A program made the position numbers and the translations under genes. This document shows positions 35,019 to 39,981 of a stretch of DNA of 39,981 bases, in pieces. The notes under the pieces were generated by a model. That model made no database searches. It saw only the letters and a list, made by a program, of their open reading frames with translations, and was not told the origin of the DNA. This DNA comes from a virus (Duplodnaviria; Caudoviricetes), in the IMG/VR virus record IMGVR_UViG_3300046808_000067, positions 1-39,981 of that record; one strand, given 5' to 3'. Position 1 is the first letter of the stretch. Each line of letters opens with the position of its first letter.

Positions 35019-35346
35019 AACTTACTTTTTTAAGTGTTTTTTGATAGTCCCAAAGTCTTAATTTTGGCGATTGTTTAATGTCTCTTTGGAAAGACACATA
35101 TTTGAATTTACCATTGAATGATTGCAAGAGTGTTGCCATGCACCCAGAGCAATATGATACAAACAATGTGTCCGGGTCGTTGCACGAAGGCTCGTCTGGT
35201 TTTGATGACCTTGAGCAAAATCCAATAGCAAAAACACTTGGCACAGACAGCATAACACCGTGGCACAGATGCCATGTGAGTAATTGCTGGAAGTCGATGC
35301 CGTGTTGGTCATAAATTGCTATTGCTTGCGCTAGGTGATGGTTCAT
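35002..35346 (-). CDS. Hypothetical protein between fibre and ejection genes
   Basis: ATGA coupling; position often held by a GNAT-like virion protein, motif not confirmed. Confidence 0.6.
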   Translation of the reverse strand: MNHHLAQAIAIYDQHGIDFQQLLTWHLCHGVMLSVPSVFAIGFCSRSSKPDEPSCNDPDTLFVSYCSGCMATLLQSFNGKFKYVSFQRDIKQSPKLRLWDYQKTLKKVSYGITI

Positions 35347-36839
35347 TCAAAAACTGCAAATTGGAATGTTCTTCCAGTAGCTTCTCCAGAATGCAAAACC
35401 TTGAACCCAGTTGTAGTTCTGTCGTAAATCGTGTGGAACAAGAATGCTGCTGCACTTGGGCCACCGGGGCTACCGACAACCGCATAGTTGCTACTTTGCA
35501 TTGCCGTTGAAAATGTGACTTGGATTTGAGTAGTGCTAGCGCCAACGCGAGCAACGCTACTAACATTCACGCTACCACTTTCCATTGATGGAGTTGCCTC
35601 CAATTTAACCGTCCCAAACGCCCTAGCCACACACGCTGGTGCAGAACCAGATTGTGCTGAAGACATTTTAGCAGGTGTGATTGCGCCATTGCTTACCGTT
35701 GATGCAGTAGTGGCAGAGGAAGCGGAACCTGCACTGGTCGCATATGTAGCAGTTGCGGAGTTGCCGCTTACACTAATAGGCCAGAGAGTGCCAAAATCAA
35801 CACCATCAACCTGAACCCTTAGTGCAGTGCCATCCCAACCAATAAAAATATTATTACCTTGTTGTCCAGCTCCTCCTCCTTGCTTAATGTTACCAGAGGC
35901 AATCCCAGTTACATTGCCAGTCACATTGCCAGTTACATTGCCAGTCAACGGCCCAGAGAATGCGGTAGCGGTTACGGTTCCGTTTACTTGTAGTTTTGAG
36001 CTAGGAGTGGTTGTTCCGATTCCGACATTTCCAGCGGATGTGATCCGTAAATGTTCTGAGTTATTTGTGCTAAGTGTAAGTGGATGCGCTGTGGTCGTTC
36101 TAAGATTTCCTTCAGTGTTACCATTTGCGTTAAGATGAACTTGAACACCACTTAAATTGTTGATGTTTAGAACAGAATAACTAGAAGAAGATCCATCCAT
36201 TCCAATGTTACCATTTACAGATAGCTTTTCACTTGGAGCATTAGTCCCAATCCCCACATTGCCGCTTGCGGTAACAACCATTTTTTGGGTTCCAACCCCT
36301 GTTGGTAATCCACTTGAAATTGGAATAGAACTTGATACTTGTAACGCATAACCTCCAGCTTCAGATGTTCCAACCAAAACTCCAGTATTTGCGCCATTTG
36401 CCCAATTGTTCACAAGGCATGATTCTTGTGCATTTGCTGTATTTGATACAAGCTGGACAACTGGATTGTTATTGGAATTTATGGTTATTCCTTTTGCTGC
36501 GGTTATTTTGTTCCCAGATGATATGTCTCCAGTAGTCGTAACATTTTGAGAGCCAAAATTTGGCGAAATCTTTGTTCCAGCAATAGCCGCAGATGCGTTG
36601 ATGTCGGCATTGACTATAGTACCATCGACGATTTTAGCAGATGTGACCGAGTCGTTTGCAAGCTCATTGGATGTAATACCACCGGCGGCAACAGCTAGTT
36701 TACCCGGTGACACAATCTGCAAGCTAGATCCAGAGATGGCATCGCTAGTAAATGTCGTATCGTCGATGATATTATTCAGCTTGGAACTCGTAATTGTGTC
36801 GGTTCCAGTAAATGTGTATGTGGTATTTACAACGCCCAT
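35343..36839 (-). CDS. Tail fibre protein
   Basis: VTSAKI.DG repeats, two GNVGIGT..P..KL.VNG repeats, TGNV x3, QGGG..N.I.IGW motif. Confidence 0.85.
   Translation of the reverse strand: MGVVNTTYTFTGTDTITSSKLNNIIDDTTFTSDAISGSSLQIVSPGKLAVAAGGITSNELANDSVTSAKIVDGTIVNADINASAAIAGTKISPNFGSQNVTTTGDISSGNKITAAKGITINSNNNPVVQLVSNTANAQESCLVNNWANGANTGVLVGTSEAGGYALQVSSSIPISSGLPTGVGTQKMVVTASGNVGIGTNAPSEKLSVNGNIGMDGSSSSYSVLNINNLSGVQVHLNANGNTEGNLRTTTAHPLTLSTNNSEHLRITSAGNVGIGTTTPSSKLQVNGTVTATAFSGPLTGNVTGNVTGNVTGIASGNIKQGGGAGQQGNNIFIGWDGTALRVQVDGVDFGTLWPISVSGNSATATYATSAGSASSATTASTVSNGAITPAKMSSAQSGSAPACVARAFGTVKLEATPSMESGSVNVSSVARVGASTTQIQVTFSTAMQSSNYAVVGSPGGPSAAAFLFHTIYDRTTTGFKVLHSGEATGRTFQFAVFE
35905..35946. 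repeat. 12-bp tandem repeat x3.5 (TGNV) in the fibre shaft
   Basis: CCAGTYACATTG repeated. Confidence 0.85.
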
Positions 36840-36843
36840 GAGA

Positions 36844-39300
36844 TTATTTCTGTGAGAGGATTTGCCTATTAGTTATGGAACCAGAGACTTGAATAGAGTG
36901 GATCTTAGGGGAACCAATAGTTCTTGTCAATGTCATGGTTCCTGTGTATCCGCGCACTCCACCAAGTCTACAGCGGATGCTTGCGGTTTCAGATTCACCT
37001 GCTCCATCTGCGATTAGCGCAGTTCCACCAAGAAATGTCGTGGTAGTTCCGATATTTACTGATGAATCTGGATCTTCGGCAGCGAAAGCAATGTTATACT
37101 CGGCTTGCTCGTTGACGAGTGCCTGCATTTGGACTTGAGCGTCTGTGAATCGCTTGCGCTCAAGCGTGCCAAAATCATATCCTCGGCTTACAAGGTAAGA
37201 ATTTACCACAGCAGACTGGCTATTGCTGGTGTTGTCTACCCCAAGGTAGTCAGTGTTGGAGTCACCATTTTCCATTTTGTGCAACCCACCATTGGCGGCA
37301 ATGGCATAGAGGTCATTACGCACACCTGCGGTAGCAACTACAAAATCTTCAATCAAAAACCTAGAATCTCCATAAGTATCTACGGATTCCCAACCTTTAT
37401 TCAGGAAATTGTACACCAAAACTGCGTTATTTCCACGCGCATCGTTACCATTTGGTACGGAATCTAGCGGTACTGCGATATAGTATCGGTTATCGTGGAG
37501 GATTGCCGTGGATTTATCGGCCAAATTCTTGTTGATTCGGTCAATGTACGGCTGGATGTTTTTGGAAAGTGGTTCTTCCGTGCCGCGAAGGTTGTAATCG
37601 TTGAGGAAGGTGAGTCCGTAGACACCGTTGTCCGAAAGAAAAAGTAGGTCAGCACCGCGCATGACTACGGTCTTGCGAGCCAAGCAGCCAACTTCGCCAG
37701 TCAATTCGGTTACCACGGTATCGGCAAGGCTACCCTGTGTGCCCTTAACTTGGTGGATACTATTGCGGTTAAGTACAATCAGCGCATCCTCATAGAACCC
37801 GTGCATGGCGACCACATAGTCTGCCGTGCCGCCAGAGACTCGGAACTGATTAGCGATCTGGTCGAATGTGGTGGTGTCCAAAATGTCGGATGCCACGATC
37901 TCGTCGGTAATCTTGCGACTGGTGTAGGTGTAGGAACCGAATGTACCGCCCGGCTCGTAGTAATACGGAACCCAGATTCTGCGTTGGAAGTAAGTTCCCC
38001 AAGGCGCACCGGGCTGGTGCATAAAGCCACCACCTACGGAGAACCTGCCACCGAACTCAAACACATCGGATGCCGAAGTGTTATAGTCACCGATTGGCGC
38101 ATACCATTGAATTAGCGTGCTAGTAGCATTTACTACCTGATATGACTGTCCAAGCATGGCTTGGAAGTCAGTGGTAGCAGTTGAGTAAATGGTGATTGTA
38201 TCTCCAGCAAAAATTGTAGTGTTACCAGTAACTGCGGCAGAAACTAATCCGCTTACTACATCTACATCTTTGGCTTGGATGTTAAATACCTGTGGTTGGG
38301 TGTATGGGCCTCCGGGGGACAGAGTGAACCCATCCGTCATAGTGGCAGCAGTAACTCCAAATGTTACGCTCTGGCTTGTAGGCCCAACATAAGTAAAGCT
38401 ATCCTTGTCGATGACAGAGGCTACGGTAAATGTGCCATTAGGTGGTGTGCCTCCAGTAAGACCAGCAATCACTACAGATGTACCAGCGGTCAGCCCGTGG
38501 TCACGGATATTCATGGTCACGGTCGTAGTCCCTGCTTGTGAGGCAGAAATCACAGGTCGCCCATGTGGATACCACTCCAATGCCTGCTCCCCATCACGGA
38601 AAAGCATGACCTTATCAAAGCATTGGATCATGTCGCAGTTTTGACCAACCGTAGCACCAACTGGGTACGGCAAGGTCGTTGCCGTCATGGGCGTGGTGGA
38701 GATGTCGATCTTCTTCGCAAGAGTCTCCAACGCCACAATGATGTACTCCTTATTGGAGTCATTAGGGTCGGAGAATACGCAGGAGGCTAACACCTCGCTA
38801 GCGGCGGCATCGTTGATGTTGATTTGAGTGATGCGCGGAGTGGCTCCAAGAGCAACCGCAGATACGCCAGTCACAGGGAATGTAAGCTCGTCAACCGTGG
38901 TTGCAGTAACGGCCTTGATTCCATTATTATCCGTGCCAGTAAAGGTAATCCCAGAAATTGTAAGGTTACCCGGCTGACCAATAGTCAACCCATGCCCAGC
39001 CACCGTAATGGTCACCACATTGGACGCATAGGACACAGCCGTAATCGCCAGATAGTACGGACTAGGCAGGATGTGGAATGGAAGCTGAAGCGGACTACCA
39101 CCAGTAGTCAACGCAGGGTTAACCAACTGGACATTCTTCCGAGGCTTCCAATAACCCTCCATGCGCCCATTGACGCTCTCACGAACCTCTCCGGGCTGGA
39201 GTTGGTTAAGCTGCAATCTCTGGTTGACTGCATAGAACCCACGATCACCATCAGAGGCAATCGAATCGTCTAGCGCGCCAGTAGACCTAAATTGGGACAT
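36844..39300 (-). CDS. Tail nozzle / packaged-DNA stabilisation protein (tail tubular B or P22 gp10-like) with small beta insertions
   Basis: 818 aa; N.R..G.W.PRK N-terminus; propeller-like GEVGC..FLSDNGVY..PLSK.I; HGL..G..I.G inserts. Confidence 0.7.
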   Translation of the reverse strand: MSQFRSTGALDDSIASDGDRGFYAVNQRLQLNQLQPGEVRESVNGRMEGYWKPRKNVQLVNPALTTGGSPLQLPFHILPSPYYLAITAVSYASNVVTITVAGHGLTIGQPGNLTISGITFTGTDNNGIKAVTATTVDELTFPVTGVSAVALGATPRITQININDAAASEVLASCVFSDPNDSNKEYIIVALETLAKKIDISTTPMTATTLPYPVGATVGQNCDMIQCFDKVMLFRDGEQALEWYPHGRPVISASQAGTTTVTMNIRDHGLTAGTSVVIAGLTGGTPPNGTFTVASVIDKDSFTYVGPTSQSVTFGVTAATMTDGFTLSPGGPYTQPQVFNIQAKDVDVVSGLVSAAVTGNTTIFAGDTITIYSTATTDFQAMLGQSYQVVNATSTLIQWYAPIGDYNTSASDVFEFGGRFSVGGGFMHQPGAPWGTYFQRRIWVPYYYEPGGTFGSYTYTSRKITDEIVASDILDTTTFDQIANQFRVSGGTADYVVAMHGFYEDALIVLNRNSIHQVKGTQGSLADTVVTELTGEVGCLARKTVVMRGADLLFLSDNGVYGLTFLNDYNLRGTEEPLSKNIQPYIDRINKNLADKSTAILHDNRYYIAVPLDSVPNGNDARGNNAVLVYNFLNKGWESVDTYGDSRFLIEDFVVATAGVRNDLYAIAANGGLHKMENGDSNTDYLGVDNTSNSQSAVVNSYLVSRGYDFGTLERKRFTDAQVQMQALVNEQAEYNIAFAAEDPDSSVNIGTTTTFLGGTALIADGAGESETASIRCRLGGVRGYTGTMTLTRTIGSPKIHSIQVSGSITNRQILSQK

Positions 39301-39557
39301 TACGCGTAGTACGCGACAACCGTGCCAGAACTAATCTGCACCTTCGTAAAGATGCCACCAAGACCAGCACCCGCAGGAAGAATCTTCCCGTCGAGGTTGA
39401 TGATGTCCGTGAGATTACCAGCAGTCTCGCCAGTATCGGCCAATAGAACGCTGTCCTCAATCGCTTGAATCCAACGGAAGTTTCCAGTAGCACTGTCAGC
39501 ACCAGTAAGCACAATGCCTCCCTGCTGACCCTGTAATTGATAGCTGTCGCCTCGCAT
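39300..39557 (-). CDS. Small hypothetical protein (allele 2 of 799-1056)
   Basis: Same protein apart from two substitutions. Confidence 0.85.
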   Translation of the reverse strand: MRGDSYQLQGQQGGIVLTGADSATGNFRWIQAIEDSVLLADTGETAGNLTDIINLDGKILPAGAGLGGIFTKVQISSGTVVAYYA

Positions 39558-39951
39558 GGGCAACCAATTACCATAACCTTACCAATCTTGTCAACAATAA
39601 ACACAAGACACCGATCACGCACATTCCTAGCAAAAACACCAAACCAACCAACCAACATTACCACTCGGGAACAATCCCCCCTTTGCACATTTTTTCTGGG
39701 GCAGGTTGAAGGATAGGAATATTTACAAACTCAAGCTCGTTGACCCCCGCCCCCCGTCAAACCTTACTGGATTGCTAATGATTTGCCAGGTGTTCATGCG
39801 TGCAGTGTTCGGTTGACCAGCGCCGGTTTCATTGGTGGCGCGCTAATGAATTGCACACTATCTGTGGTGGATTGCTAAGGATTAACCTGGTCTTTGGGCT
39901 ATACCTTGTGGTCATGCGATTGCCAGCATTATCTTGCCAATAAGAAAAAGC

Positions 39952-39979
39952 TTGACGGATTTTAAGCTATCACTATAAT
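39952..39979 (+). promoter_or_regulatory. Near-consensus sigma70 promoter facing out of the window
   Basis: TTGACG-16 nt-TATAAT with A-tract upstream. Confidence 0.65.
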
Positions 39980-39981
39980 AC

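Noticed and set aside
35343-36839. Diversity-generating retroelement or invertible fibre cassette
   Set aside because: No reverse transcriptase or invertase; allele differences elsewhere are not adenine-specific
38502-39563. T7-like direct terminal repeat
   Set aside because: Copies are diverged, begin mid-gene, and identity stops at exactly 127 nt; true terminal repeats are identical

Overview
Essentially a complete ~38.5 kb podovirus-type tailed phage genome, almost all on the minus strand. It carries: a lambda-style replication module (HTH initiator with internal iterons, plus DnaB helicase); an Erf/RecE-like/SSB recombination module; many small early genes; a lysis module (M15 peptidase plus two small membrane proteins below the ORF-track cutoff); head genes (TerS, TerL, portal, scaffold, major capsid); and tail/ejection genes. 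I saw no integrase, DNA polymerase, tRNA or CRISPR. The window wraps: 1-1062 is a diverged allele of 38502-39563, identical for exactly the first 127 bp. This points to a k=127 metagenomic contig joining two related phages, one with and one without a GIY-YIG homing endonuclease. Best candidates for new biology: (i) a 2220-aa ejection polyprotein whose C-terminal effector modules (zincin-like, ADP-ribosyltransferase, glycosylase-like) are delimited by a repeated R(F/Y)MPE motif conserved at DNA level; (ii) a plus-strand PAPS-reductase-family moron with a kissing-loop terminator leader and a ~300-nt structured RNA upstream, and a convergent ~83-nt sRNA downstream whose seed is exactly complementary to that gene's start-codon region. 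All functional calls come from motif recognition by eye; no searches or folding were run.
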